The notes under the pieces were generated by a model. The model searched no databases. It saw only the letters and a list, made by a program, of their open reading frames with translations, and had not been told where the DNA came from. Below are positions 10,870 to 22,648 of a stretch of DNA of 42,572 bases, one piece after another. Made by a program: the position numbers and the translations under genes. The stretch's first letter is position 1. Every line of letters begins with the position of its first letter. Source of the DNA: Octopus bimaculoides (lineage: Eukaryota); contig NC_068984.1 in assembly GCF_001194135.2 (NCBI RefSeq), positions 84,952,781 to 84,995,352 on the forward strand, written 5' to 3'.

Positions 10870-13310
10870 ATAAATAACACCAATGATGGTGGTGGCGACG
10901 GTGGTGGATTGGTGGTGGTGATGATAATAGTGGCGACATTAACGATGATGATGGTGGTGGTGGTTTTGATGGTAATAACGGTTGCAGTGGTAGCGCGTTA
11001 GAGATTGTTAGTGGTGGTGGTGGTGGTGATGGTAGGAGTTAAATTAACAAAGCAAGCGATGATGAAGTGTGNNNNNNNNNNNNNNNNNNNNNNNNNNNNN
11101 NNNNNNNNNNNNNNNNNNNNNNNNNNNNNNNNNNNNNNNNNNNNNNNNNNNNNNNNNNNNNNNNNNNNNNNNNNNNNNNNNNNNNNNNNNNNNNNNNNNN
11201 NNNNNNNNNNNNNNNNNNNNNNNNNNNNNNNNNNNNNNNNNNNNNNNNNNNNNNNNNNNNNNNNNNNNNNNNNNNNNNNNNNNNNNNNNNNNNNNNNNNN
11301 NNNNNNNNNNNNNNNNNNNNNNNNNNNNNNNNNNNNNNNNNNNNNNNNNNNNNNNNNNNNNNNNNNNNNNNNNNNNNNNNNNNNNNNNNNNNNNNNNNNN
11401 NNNNNNNNNNNNNNNNNNNNNNNNNNNNNNNNNNNNNNNNNNNNNNNNNNNNNNNNNNNNNNNNNNNNNNNNNNNNNNNNNNNNNNNNNNNNNNNNNNNN
11501 NNNNNNNNNNNNNNNNNNNNNNNNNNNNNNNNNNNNNNNNNNNNNNNNNNNNNNNNNNNNNNNNNNNNNNNNNNNNNNNNNNNNNNNNNNNNNNNNNNNN
11601 NNNNNNNNNNNNNNNNNNNNNNNNNNNNNNNNNNNNNNNNNNNNNNNNNNNNNNNNNNNNNNNNNNNNNNNNNNNNNNNNNNNNNNNNNNNNNNNNGGTG
11701 GTGGTGGTGGTTGTGGTGGTGGTGGTGATGGCTGTGGTGGTGGCGGTGGTGGTGGTGGTGGAGATAATAGCTGCAATGGTGATTGTGATAACAATAGTGC
11801 TGCAGTTGATAGTGGTGATGATCGTAGTGGTGGTGGTGGTAGTGGTGGTAATGTTATGTTGGTAGTGGTAGTTAAAGGTATAGTGTTGGTGTAGGTGATG
11901 GCGGTGGTGGTGATGGTGGTGCTGGAAATGATGTTAGTGATGATAATGATGATAGTAGTGGTGGTAGTGGCGGTGGTGGTTGCTGCTGACGCCGCCGTCG
12001 TCGTCATAATAGTGATAATGCCGGCTGTAGTGTTTTTAGAGGTGGTAGCGGTGGTAATGACGGTAGTGGTGGTGGTGGTGGTTGTCACGGTGATGGTGGT
12101 AGTGGTGGTGTTGGTAATGGTGTTGGTAATGGTGGTGGTAGTGGTGGTGGTAGTGGTGGTAGTGGTAGTAGTGGTGGTAGTGGTGCTGGTGCTGGTGCTG
12201 GTGCTAGTTGTGGTGGTAATGGTCTCTTTTCTGTTTGGGGCTGAGGCGGAGGTAGCAGTGGTGGTGGTTGTACCAATGTTGTTACTTTTTGGCGGTGGTG
12301 GTGATGGTGGTGGTGGTGATGATGGTGGTGGTGGTGGTGATGGTGGTGGTGGTGATGGTAGAAGAGGTAGTATAAGTGTTGGCGATGCTGAGCTGCTGAT
12401 GGTTGATGCTGCTGCTGTTGTTGTTGTTGTGGTGGTGGTAGTAGTGGTGGTGGTAATGACTGTGATGAAAGTAGTGCTAATGTTGACAAAGCAGAGATGA
12501 TGATGATGATGGTGGTAGTGGTGGCGGTGGCGGTGGCCAGGGATTGTTAGGTAAGGTTATGGTGATGGTAACGGACAAACAATGTGATGGTTTGTAGTAG
12601 CAGCAGTGGTGGTGGTGGTGGTGGTGGGGGTGGTAGTAGTGGTGGTGGTGATAATGGTGATGGTGGTGGTTATTCTTGGAGCCGACAAACAAGGCGGTAG
12701 TGGTGATGGTTGTTGCTCTATGGTGGTGACAGATCGTCGATGGTGGTGGTGGTGGTGGTAGTAGTGGTGATGGTGGCATATTAGTTTTGGTAGGTAATAA
12801 CAACAACAACAACAACAACAACAACAATAATAATAATGATAATAATAATTTCTTTTATTAGCCACAGGGGCATAGATGAGGAGGGGGACATCACAAGATG
12901 GAAAGGATACTGATGAATAAACAGTAGTGGTAGTGCCAGTAGTAGTAGCGGTGGTGGTGGTGGTGGTGGTTGTGGTGGTGGCGGCGGCTTGTTGCTGTGG
13001 TAGTTATATGAAATAGTGGTGGTGGAGTTGGAACTGCTGTCGCTGTGGTGTCAAGTTGTTCGCGGCAGTGTATGAAAATAGTAGTGGAAGTGGTGGATGT
13101 GGTTGATACGGCTATAGTAGTGGTACTGGTGCAAATAGTGGTAGTAATAGCGGTTGTTATTGTTGTAGCGGTGTAATCCCCATCGCCCCAGGGTCAGTCT
13201 TAATCGAGCATACCATAATGATAATTGGTCGCTGAGTGGTAATTGTAATTATGGCAATGGTGGTGGTGCTGGTGGTAGTGGTTTTGGAAGTGGTGGTGGA
13301 GAAATCTGAT
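10870..13310. repeat. Cryptic GGT/GAT/AGT trinucleotide low-complexity block (contains gap 11072-11696)
   Basis: Direct; source of the poly-V/G/P/T/H ORFs. Confidence 0.9.
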
Positions 13311-13416
13311 GTATTTTCCGACATAAATAAATTTACCGTCTGACCAGCGCTCCAGCCGTGCCCATCGTTGCTATGTATATGTGTTATTTATATTAATTTG
13401 GGTATTTTAATCGAAG

Positions 13417-13901
13417 TAGGCAAAAAGCGTGGCTCTGTGGATAAGAAGTTTGCTTCCCAAACACGTGGTCTTGGGGTCAGTCCCTCTGTGCGGCATCTTG
13501 GGCAAGTGTCTTCCTTCTATAGCCCCAGGCTGACCAAACTCCTCTGAGTGGAATTGACAGACGGAAACTGAAGCAAGACTGTCGTATATACATACATATA
13601 CACATATATACATATATATATATACACATACATACATACATACATACATACATACACACATACACACATACACACACACACTCACGTGCGTGGGGGCGGG
13701 AAGTTCCTGGTTTTAAGGGTATCGCGAAAAACCTCTTTGGAAGCTCAACCTTCCGAGTTTTTTTTACAGGACTTAGAAAAAGTAAAGGACCGCTGCAATA
13801 ACTGAATTTGAGAAGGGAATATGTTGGATAAAATCATAATTAACTGATCCTCTTGTATTCTCTTTTACCTAAAGCCAGGAACCTTTCAGTACTCCCTCGT
13901 A

Positions 13902-13953
<52 letters not shown>

Positions 13954-14170
13954 TTGTGTCGTGTTTGACCTGTGCCACCGTTTGACAACCGGTGCTGGTT
14001 TGTTCACGTACCCGTAAATTTAGCGGTTCAGAAATAGACATTGATAGAATAAGTATCAGACTTTAAAAAAAAAAAAAAAGCTACTGGGGCCGATTTTTTT
14101 TCGATTAAAGCCTTTAAGGTAGAGCTCCAGTATGACCACAATCCAATGCCTGCAACAAATAAGAGAAAGA
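13417..14170 (+). mobile_element. Full-length SINE family A, expanded by microsatellite and a MITE insertion
   Basis: Head taggcaaaaagcgtggctctgtggataagaag..., (TA/CA)n at 13587-13685, (TG)n at 13903-13950, body ttgacaaccggtgctgg...gctccagtatgacc...aagagaaaga. Confidence 0.88.
13689..13899. mobile_element. Mariner-derived MITE (~210 bp)
   Basis: TIRs cgtgggggcgggaagttcctggtttt / aaagccaggaacctttcagtactccctcg plus TA; internal relic of the transposase C-terminus (GLRK..DRCN..EYVG). The TIR is related to the one at 9821-9840. Confidence 0.85.
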
Positions 14171-14269
14171 ACGATAAATATGGAAGGACAAAATTCGAGA
14201 GAAACTTGGTTGAGTGGGAGGCTAGTTTGGGCGGTAAGTTTATTCTGTGATGGTGGGAACGGCAGAAGT

Positions 14270-15340
14270 AGTCTTGTAGGGAGAGCAGAGAGTATTATAG
14301 GCGATATATAAAGTAAAAGATGTTTTGTAGGGAGTAGCGGTTTTATAGGGAGTATAAGTAGTAGTTGTTTTGAAGAAATATAGGGAGTAATTTTTTGAGT
14401 GTTTGTAAGGAGTAAAGGTTTTTGGGAGAGTGTATGGAGTGCGAGTTTTGCAAGGAGTGGTCGTTTTGTAAGAAATATAGAAATATAGAAAGTAGGGGCT
14501 ATGATTGAGTATAGGGAGCGGAAGTCTTTTGGGGGAATATTAGGGGTTTTGTAGAGAGTATTGGGAATAGTCTTTTTGTTAGAAATATAGGGAATAGGAG
14601 TTTTGAGTGAGTATAGGGTGGAGAGGTATTTTAGGGAATAAATAGTAGCAGCGGTTTTTATAGGGAGTAAAGGTTTTGAATGCTAATAGAGAATAGGGGA
14701 TATGAGGGGTTGTGTATGGAATTGCGGATTTATAGGGACTATGGGGGGGGGGCACTTTGTAAGAAATATATGGAGTAACGTCTTTGAATGAGTAAAGGGA
14801 GTAGGGACTTTGAATGAGTATAGGGAGTAGGGGTCTTTTAGAGAATATTAATGATTTTACAGGGAGTATAGAAAGTAATCGTTTTGTAAGAAAAACATGG
14901 AGTAGGGGTTTTGAGTGAATATAGAGTGAAAAGGTCTTTTAGAGAATATCAGGAACAGCAGTTTTGCAGGGAGTTATCATTTTGTAAAAAAATATAGGGA
15001 GTAGGGGCTTTGAGTGAGTCTACCGAGTGGAGTCTTTTAAAGAATATTAGGGTTTCTTTTAGGGAGTGTAGGGAGATATCGATTTTTTAAGGTAATATTG
15101 GGAGTGGGGGAATTGAGTGAGTGTAGGTCTTTTAGTGAATATTAGGGGTTTTATAGGAAGTATAGGGAGTAGTCATTTTATAAAAAATATAGGGAGTAGA
15201 GGTTTTGAGTACTTACAGAAGGTTGAATTGGTAGTGGGAGACGTTGTATATGAAGTTACAGGTTCATAAGGAACATAGAAAGTACTTGTTTTGTTAGAAA
15301 TATAGGGAGTAGAGGTTTGGGTGAGGGAGCAATATATGGT
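14270..15340. repeat. Degenerate G-rich, C-poor minisatellite with ~100-bp higher-order unit
   Basis: Recurrent ttttgtaagaaatatagggagtaggggttttgagtgagtatagggag...; unit starts near 14465, 14573, 14757, 14882, 14981, 15085, 15177 and 15289. Confidence 0.85.
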
Positions 15341-15400
15341 GTGGATTTGCAGGGAGTATTGGTCGTAATGTTGGTGTGATAAAGTTTGGGTGATGACAGA

Positions 15401-15576
15401 TGTTGCTCGTTTAGCCTAAGGTCAGGTTTGATTGAACACACATATTACCCAAAATCTTCCAGCCGTGGTCATCCCGATTTCTTTTTAAGGTTATTTAAGA
15501 CTACTTTATGTAGTCTTAAATAACAAGGTACATTTTGATTTGAGGAGGATTTGGCTGCTCATTCCAGCAGGGCAAG
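15401..15576 (-). mobile_element. SINE family B 3' part
   Basis: tgttgctcgtttagcctaaggtcagg...ttccagccgtggtcatccc...gatttgaggaggatttggctgc. Confidence 0.75.
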
Positions 15577-15699
15577 CATCTATGTTCAGGCTCCTTTGTT
15601 GGTAGGGAACGGAAAGATTAGGGATGGGGTAGGGTGGAATGGAGTGGCAGGAGAGGTTTCGGGATGAGGTGTGAAGGGAGTGTGATCGTTTTCTAATGG

Positions 15700-16550
15700 C
15701 GACGACGGTGGTGGCAATGTGGTGGTGCTGATGGTTGCGGTGGTAGTGTTAATCGTGGTGATGACAGTGATTATAATGGTGGTGTGGAGTTAGTGGTAGT
15801 GGTGGTGGAAGTAGTTGTCGAGATAGTGATGGTAATGGTGGTGTTAGTGGTGGTAGTAATGGAGACAGTGATGGTGGTGAAGGTGATGGAGAGAATTGTG
15901 GAGAATGATGGTGGTATCAGAGATAGTGGTTGTGGTGGTGGTGGTAATGGTGGAGATAGTTGTGGAGTTTTTGGTGGTGATGATGATGATGATGATGATG
16001 GAGGGGATGTTGGGGGAAGTGGTGGGGGTTGGTGATGGTGGCGATGGTGNNNNNNNNNNNNNNNNNNNNNNNNNNNNNNNNNNNNNNNNNNNNNNNNNNN
16101 NNNNNNNNNNNNNNNNNNNNNNNNNNNNNNNNNNNNNNNNNNNNNNNNNNNNNNNNNNNNNNNNNNNNNNNNNNNNNNNNNNNNNNNNNNNNNNNNNNNN
16201 NNNNNNNNNNNNNNNNNNNNNNNNNNNNNNNNNNNNNNNNNNNNNNNNNNNNNNNNNNNNNNNNNNNNNNNNNNNNNNNNNNNNNNNNNNNNNNNNNNNN
16301 NNNNNNNNNNNNNNNNNNNNNNNNNNNNNNNNNNNNNNNNNNNNNTGGTGGTGGTGGTGGTTATGGCAGAATTGTTGGGAATATAGGTGATGATAATGCT
16401 AGTGTAGCGGTGGTAGTAGGTAGTAGGTAGTGGTAGTGATGATTGTAGTAGTGGTAATGGTGGTGGTGGTTGTTGTGGTAATGGTGGTGGTGGTTGTTGT
16501 GGTAGTGGTGTAGGTGTTGGTGTACTCGAGGTGGTGGTGGTGTGTCTACC
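15700..16550. repeat. GGT/GAT trinucleotide low-complexity block (gap 16050-16345)
   Basis: Direct. Confidence 0.9.
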
Positions 16551-16805
16551 GTAATACTCAGCTAATGATTTAACGGAACATTCCAGATGTTGCGTTTTCA
16601 ATCAACATACGCTCACACATGCATGTATGCATGCGCGTGCACACACACGCACACACACACATTCATAGACTCACAGAAACATGTAAACACATAAACGCAC
16701 ATATGCATGTAGACACAGACACATACTTATAAGCGTACATGCATACACACATATTTATATACACAATAAGATGCGTAAAATGCATTTTCACGGGGACACA
16801 AACAC

Positions 16806-16807
<2 letters not shown>

Positions 16808-16837
<30 letters not shown>

Positions 16838-16911
16838 GTCTGTCTGTCTGTCTGTCTGTCTATGTCTGTCTGTCTGTCTGCCTGCCTGCCTGCCTGCCTG
16901 TCTGTCTGTCA

Positions 16912-16944
<33 letters not shown>

Positions 16945-17000
16945 CCCACATACCTGCTTACATGCCTACTAGCCTGCCAGGCTGCCTGCTTGTCTGTCTA
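16808..17000. repeat. Compound tetranucleotide repeat (TCTA)n-(TCTG)n-(GCCT)n
   Basis: Direct. Confidence 0.95.
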
Positions 17001-17204
17001 TCTGACTTTGAAATCTGCGTACCTGCATTTATGTTTGCACACACACACACACATCCACATACATACGTGTGTGTGTGTATTGATATACGTGTACGTATGT
17101 ATATGTATGCGTATGTATATATATATGTATATATGGATGTATATATAAATATACATATGTATATGTATGTAAACACACGTATGTATACATATGTATATAT
17201 ATGT

Positions 17205-18330
17205 AATAGGAGAGAATACCCAAAAGTGGAAAAGCGCGGAAGGATATACTTCCAGAAGGAAGGTAAAGGACATAAGATCAGGCCTTCAAATAAAGAATAT
17301 GAGACAGATGAAAGATGGAAGGGATATTGGGAGCTGGCCATGGATTTGGAAAAACTGTTAATATTTCCACTCATTAAAACAACAAAAAGTCCGGATTTAA
17401 TCCTATGGAACACAAAACAGAAAAATGGAATTTTTCTAGAGTTGACAGTGCCATGGGAAGAGAACATCGCTAATGCAGAGCAACGGAAGTAGAAGAGGTA
17501 TGAAAGATTAATCGAAGAATGCGGAGAACAAGGATGGACTGTCGAGTATTACCACCTGGCAGTGGGGGCTAGAGGCTTCAGTGAAAGGAAAATGGCGACA
17601 TTATTTAAAAGAAGGCTTGCATTTTCGAGCTCAGAGCTGAGAAGAGTAATAAGGAGGATACAGGAGGCAGTCGACAAAGCCAGCTTCTATATATGGCTGA
17701 AACAAGAAGACCCCAAAATGGCTTGAAAGCCATAACATGCCGACTGGGAAATAGCGACGCTAGGTGAGGTTGGCTGACACTTGAGCAGCATCGCTGATTG
17801 ACAGGTAGGCCAAGGTAGCGATCTCGTTCATAGCGCGCCCTCCTTCTGGTTCGAAGGCTTGTACCACCAAACAGCTGGTCGGCTCTGGCTGCTGGAACTG
17901 AAACTAGCATGATACTGTTGGAAGACAGGTTTAGAGAGGGTGCGGGCCAAAACTACGCACTCTTCCTCTCCATAGGTCAGTTGAAGCTTAGACAGTGTCA
18001 CGTGACAGTTAGCTGGTGCTGGCTGCTGGAGCCTACCGGCAAGTATTTAATGGGAAATTTGGCAGAATGGTCTTTCGCCTGCCCGCTTGACATTTGTTGA
18101 CGCTGCATCGAAGAAACCAAAGAACAAAAGAAAAAATGAGAAAGAAAAAACGCACTCAACACCAGAGTTGAAGACACCTCCGAAAGTGGGGGTGGGGACG
18201 TCACGTCGAAAACGGTAGAGGAGTAGGGGCCAAAACCGGACGTGGTTCCTCCTGATGATGTCTTTAGCCACTGGGTCCTATAAAGGAGCTGTTGAGGTAA
18301 CGAACCACGAAATCGTCCAGCTATATAATT
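17205..18330 (+). mobile_element. 5'-truncated HERO-clade non-LTR retrotransposon (restriction-like endonuclease domain plus 3'UTR)
   Basis: WELAMDLEKLLIFP..TTKSPDLILWN...FLELTVPWEENIANAEQRK*KRYERLIEECGEQGW...LAVGARGF...ASFYIWLK. One in-frame stop at 17490-17492, natural stop at 17724-17726. The 3' boundary is approximate. Confidence 0.85.
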
Positions 18331-18559
18331 TTAGTATATATTTTTTAACGAAAACAGTGACACTAAGTCCCGAACACTGTTGTGAGAGGGAGAGCGAGAG
18401 ATAGAGAGGGGGGAGAGAGAGAACGATGGAGAGAGAACGATAGAGAGAGAGAGAGCGTGTGTGCGTGTATGCTAAGAATTTCCTGGCTACGTCTGTCACT
18501 ACGTGAAATGTGAGAACGCTGACTACAAATATTGAATATTAGGTAGAATCGGTCGATAA

Positions 18560-18830
18560 CATGACGAATTTGGAAACTAAGGTTCTTAATGTTTCTGACA
18601 TACACCGTACCACGAACATCTGAAGTGGAAAAACATATTTTCATTCAGTCATATAGAACAGATTACATTTAAAGACGTGTGGCTATAATAATAGGCAAAG
18701 AATTCGCAACAAGGCATCACATCCTGCTAATACTACTCTGAGAACTTAATGAGAGTTTATAACGATACCGCAGGAATGGCAGTCATTTTTCAAATCTTTG
18801 CCTCAAACTCAAGTTACAATGATGAAGTGT
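18560..18830 (+). mobile_element. Possible decayed DNA-transposase C-terminus (family unresolved)
   Basis: Frameshifted pieces KLRF, FSHIEQITFKDV, GITS..ENLM, IPQEWQSFFKSLP resemble a recurrent invertebrate transposase tail (IS.KK.DL..L...IP.E...FY..LP); recalled pattern only. Confidence 0.3.
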
Positions 18831-19024
18831 CATATGAATTCATTGATGCCCTCCAAGCAGAAAAATAAACTAGCTGTCACGAAACAGCAGTGGCACGAGC
18901 ATTGAACATTTCAGCGCAAAAGTAGGAGAAAATCAGTGCAAGAACTGACCAAATGTTACAGTAAAATATGGTCTTGATAAAGTAAAGAAGTGAGGACTAG
19001 AATTACTGCAGTTATGTAAGAATC

Positions 19025-19480
19025 TATGCAGGTGTGGCTGTATGATTAAGAAGCTCACTTCGCAGTCATATGGTTTCGTGTTCAGTCTCATAGCGCGGCA
19101 ACTTGGGCGGGTGTTTTCTACTATAGTCCCGGACTGACCAATGCCTTGTGGTGAATTTAGTTGACTAAAACTCTGTGAAAGCCTATCGTATATGTGTGTG
19201 TTTGTGTGCGTGTGTGTGCGTGTTGGAGTGTGTGATGTCTATTTGTATGTGTGTGAGAGAGATGTCTATTTGCATGTGTGTGGGCTTGTGTGTATGTAAC
19301 TGTGTGTTTGTCCCTACATTGCTTGACAACCAGCAAATTAGCGGTTCGACAAAAGAAGCTGCTAGAATAAGTATCAGATTTAACATAAGTACTTGAGGCA
19401 ATTTGATTGGCTAAACACTTCAATACCATCCGCCAGCATGGCCGCATTTCAGTGACTGAAACAAATAAAAGATAAAAGAG
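19025..19480 (+). mobile_element. Full-length SINE family A with internal (TG)-rich tract
   Basis: Head gcaggtgtggctgtatgattaagaagc..., microsatellite 19190-19310, tail gactgaaacaaataaaagataaaaga. Confidence 0.88.
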
Positions 19481-19814
19481 ATAGAGATCTTGTTAAAAGC
19501 CAGCATTATATCTAAACATTTTCACCAGGTTTGTAATGAGAGAAACTAAATTCATTGGTTGTAGTTGATTCAAGGTTCACTACCAACGAAAACTAAAACG
19601 TGAAACGACGTGCAGTGGATTTTAGCTTACAATAAATAAATACAACCATAAAATACATATTGTTTAATATTTTTCTTCTAGATGAGCAAAATGTTTCATA
19701 TCATGCTGCACTTCGACAGGTGACGCGTGACACATCGTGCATCAGCAAAGGCAATGTCGATTTGACTGGGAGGATGAGCTAACGTATAGCACAAAATTTT
19801 GATCCCTATAAATA

Positions 19815-20395
19815 GGTTGTTCAGCAATATATAATTATAAATGAGTAACAAATATGTACAGGTATCACTTCATTATGGCCGTTTCAAGCTACTCTTTTAA
19901 TTCATTAATGAACACATTACATTATTGTAAAGAAACTGCTTTCGTCAGATGACTGTATAGACTTCAAACACAGAGGACAAACCGACTCCTTTAACATATT
20001 TGTATCAGCAACGGAGTTCAAATATTTACATTGATTCTGCTGCTGTATCTTTGGCAGAATGAGTTCAGAAAAATAGTCAATGTAGTGTCGAATCTACTAA
20101 ATTCTAATAGATTCGACACTACATTGACTATTTTTCAAAACAAATATCTTAAAGCAGTTGGTTTGTCCTTCGTGTTTGAAGTCTATGCAGTCATCTGACG
20201 AAAACGGTTTCTTTGCAATAATGAAATGTTTTCATTAATCATTTAGAGGAGTCGCTTGAAACGGCCGCACTGAATTGACATTTGTACATTCTTGTTATTC
20301 ATTTATATTTTATTCACCTACACTGCAATCTGCACTTAGGAAATTTTATAGAAAGTATTTTTGTATCTTAATATAAAGTACATGTCTGAACAACC
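19815..20395. mobile_element. Fold-back (palindromic) non-autonomous DNA element
   Basis: Ends ggttgttcag / ctgaacaacc; arms 19855-20003 vs 20140-20288 about 85% identical (manual count); perfect 29-bp inner inverted repeat 20068-20096 / 20108-20136. Confidence 0.85.
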
Positions 20396-20566
20396 AAGAG
20401 CAGATCTCTTCACTAAGTTGGGTCGTGTTATCTGCATACACAGCAAGAATATGAAGTGCAAGCACTTCTGTACAGAGATTGATATTCACCTGATATTATT
20501 TGGGTAGCAAATTAGATCGACGTAACAAGGTGCCTCAATTTAAGTACTTGATTCAACCGAATCTCA

Positions 20567-20642
<76 letters not shown>

Positions 20643-21253
20643 NNNNNNNNNNNNNNNNNNNNNNNNNNNNNNNNNNNNNNNNNNNNNNNNNNNNNNNNNN
20701 NNNNNNNNNNNNNNNNNNNNNNNNNNNNNNNNNNNNNNNNNNNNNNNNNNNNNNNNNNNNNNNNNNNNNNNNNNNNNNNNNNNNNNNNNNNNNNNNNNNN
20801 NNNNNNNNNNNNNNNNNNNNNNNNNNNNNNNNNNNNNNNNNNNNNNNNNNNNNNNNNNNNNNNNNNNNNNNNNNNNNNNNNNNNNNNNNNNNNNNNNNNN
20901 NNNNNNNNNNNNNNNNNNNNNNNNNNNNNNNNNNNNNNNNNNNNNNNNNNNNNNNNNNNNNNNNNNNNNNNNNNNNNNNNNNNNNNNNNNNNNNNNNNNN
21001 NNNNNNNNNNNNNNNNNNNNNNNNNNNNNNNNNNNNNNNNNNNNNNNNNNNNNNNNNNNTGTGTGTGTGTGTGTGTATTTATATATATACATATTCATAT
21101 ATATATAGATATACATATACACATATCGTACATATATACATAGTCAAAGGTGCAGAAATGACGCATATATCTATGTGTGTGTGTGTGTGTGTGTGCGTGC
21201 GTGTATGTGAGTATGTATTTGTGTGTGTGCGTGTGTATGTCTGCCTGCCTGCC

Positions 21254-21304
<51 letters not shown>

Positions 21305-21459
21305 ATGCATGCATGGACAGAACCGCTAAAACTTGCTGTACTGCTACAGGCTTACTCTATAGTATAATTACAACATTCTGGCATCTCTCTCTTTCCAAAA
21401 CCCGGTTTGTTCCTGGGTAGTTCGTCTTTTACTAAAACAGTGACTATCATTATATAGAA

Positions 21460-21990
21460 TTAAGTGCAGGATTTTACATGCATGAAAGAAAAAAGAAAAG
21501 GTGCTAAGTTCCGATAAATTGAACAGTTATTTTTATCTCCTTTCTTGAAAATGGAAAAGCTTATAGATTTGTTTTTGAAATCAGAAGACCATTGCTTTTG
21601 GGACCAGATCTTTTGACAAATGTTTGCGAGAATATTTATGTTTCCATTGCTACATGCTTTAAACCGTTCAGTTGGGAATTCATCTACACCAGTCATTTTT
21701 CCATTCTTAATTTCCTTTAAAGCTTTTCCATCTTCCGCTTCCTTAATCAAAGTAGTCAATATTAACATGTTTCAGTGACTTTATCAGATTCTTTAAATGC
21801 ATTTCTGTGCATCACTTCTATTTTTCTTTGATTTAGTTTTCTTCAAATTGAGTGTCATCATTCTTGTTTCTTATCGCGTTTCTTATCTGTTTTATTTAGC
21901 AGTTCAGATATTTGATACAACACCCACGGTTGAAAAAAATCAAACTGATCTTCTGTCAAAATATAATTCAGTCGCTCGATAAATATCGAT
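21460..21990 (-). mobile_element. RTE (BovB-like) LINE fragment, linker to start of RT
   Basis: KALKEIKNGKMTGVDEFPTE.FK...LANICQKIWSQKQWSSDFK.KSI..IFKKGDKNNCSIYR matches RTE KA.G.D.IP.E...IW....WP.DWK.SI.IPI.KKGD...C.NYR. Confidence 0.82.
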
Positions 21991-22120
21991 CGAGAAAATA
22001 GCTGTTAGGTCCAATATAATTGACTAAAACCGTTTCAGATAGGAAACCGTTTCCCTGCATAGTCGCAGTGGAACGATAGAAACCGGTAAAAAGAAGAAAA
22101 GAATATATATATATATATAT

Positions 22121-22500
22121 ACTTTTTACTCTTTACTCTTTTACTTGTTTCAGTCATTTAATTGTAGTCATGGAGCACCACCTTTAGTCGAGCAAATCGA
22201 CCCCAGGACTTAATCTTTGTAAGCCTATTCTATCGGGCTCTTTTGCCGAACCGTTAAGTTACGGGGACGTAAACACACCAGCATCAGTTGTCAAGCGATG
22301 TTGGGGGATAAACACAGACAAACAAACACATACATGCACATACATATATATATATATACATATATACGACGGGCTTCTTTCAGTTTCCGTCTACCAAATC
22401 CACTCACAAGGCTTTGTGCGGCCTGAGGCTATAGTAGAAGACACTTGCTCAAGGTGCCACGGAGTGGGACTGAACCCGGAACCATGTGGTTTGTAAGCAA
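22121..22500 (-). mobile_element. SINE family A, near full length
   Basis: (taaaaga) tail, body, internal CA/TA tract, head through gggactgaacccggaaccatgtgg. Confidence 0.92.
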
Positions 22501-22619
22501 TCATTCTAAAAGATAGTGGTAGACCTAGCGTAGCATTAATTTTAACACTTATCAGTTGTCCAAATCAACTCAAAGCCTGACCTTCAGGGAGAATTTTTGT
22601 GGGAATGTTTTGGAAAGAG

Positions 22620-22648
22620 GTGCGTCTTATATGCTGGAAAATACGGTA
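22620..22648. mobile_element. Solo terminal inverted repeat of a pogo/Tc2-like DNA transposon with TA
   Basis: gtgcgtcttatatgctggaaaatacgg|ta is the reverse complement of the TA-CCGTATTT..C...ATATAAGACGCAC TIR pattern. Confidence 0.55.

Noticed and set aside
14270-15340. Interstitial telomeric array
   Set aside because: TTAGGG occurs only sporadically and never in tandem; kept as a minisatellite instead.
18215-18315. ctgatga and gaaa motifs in the HERO 3' region as a hammerhead
   Set aside because: No consistent stems I-III in any permutation; the upstream motif is ccaaaa rather than GAAA and leaves no room for stem I.
20068-20136. Annotating the perfect hairpin as a miRNA gene
   Set aside because: No expression data, and it is the centre of a larger palindromic transposon-like element; reported as a finding only.
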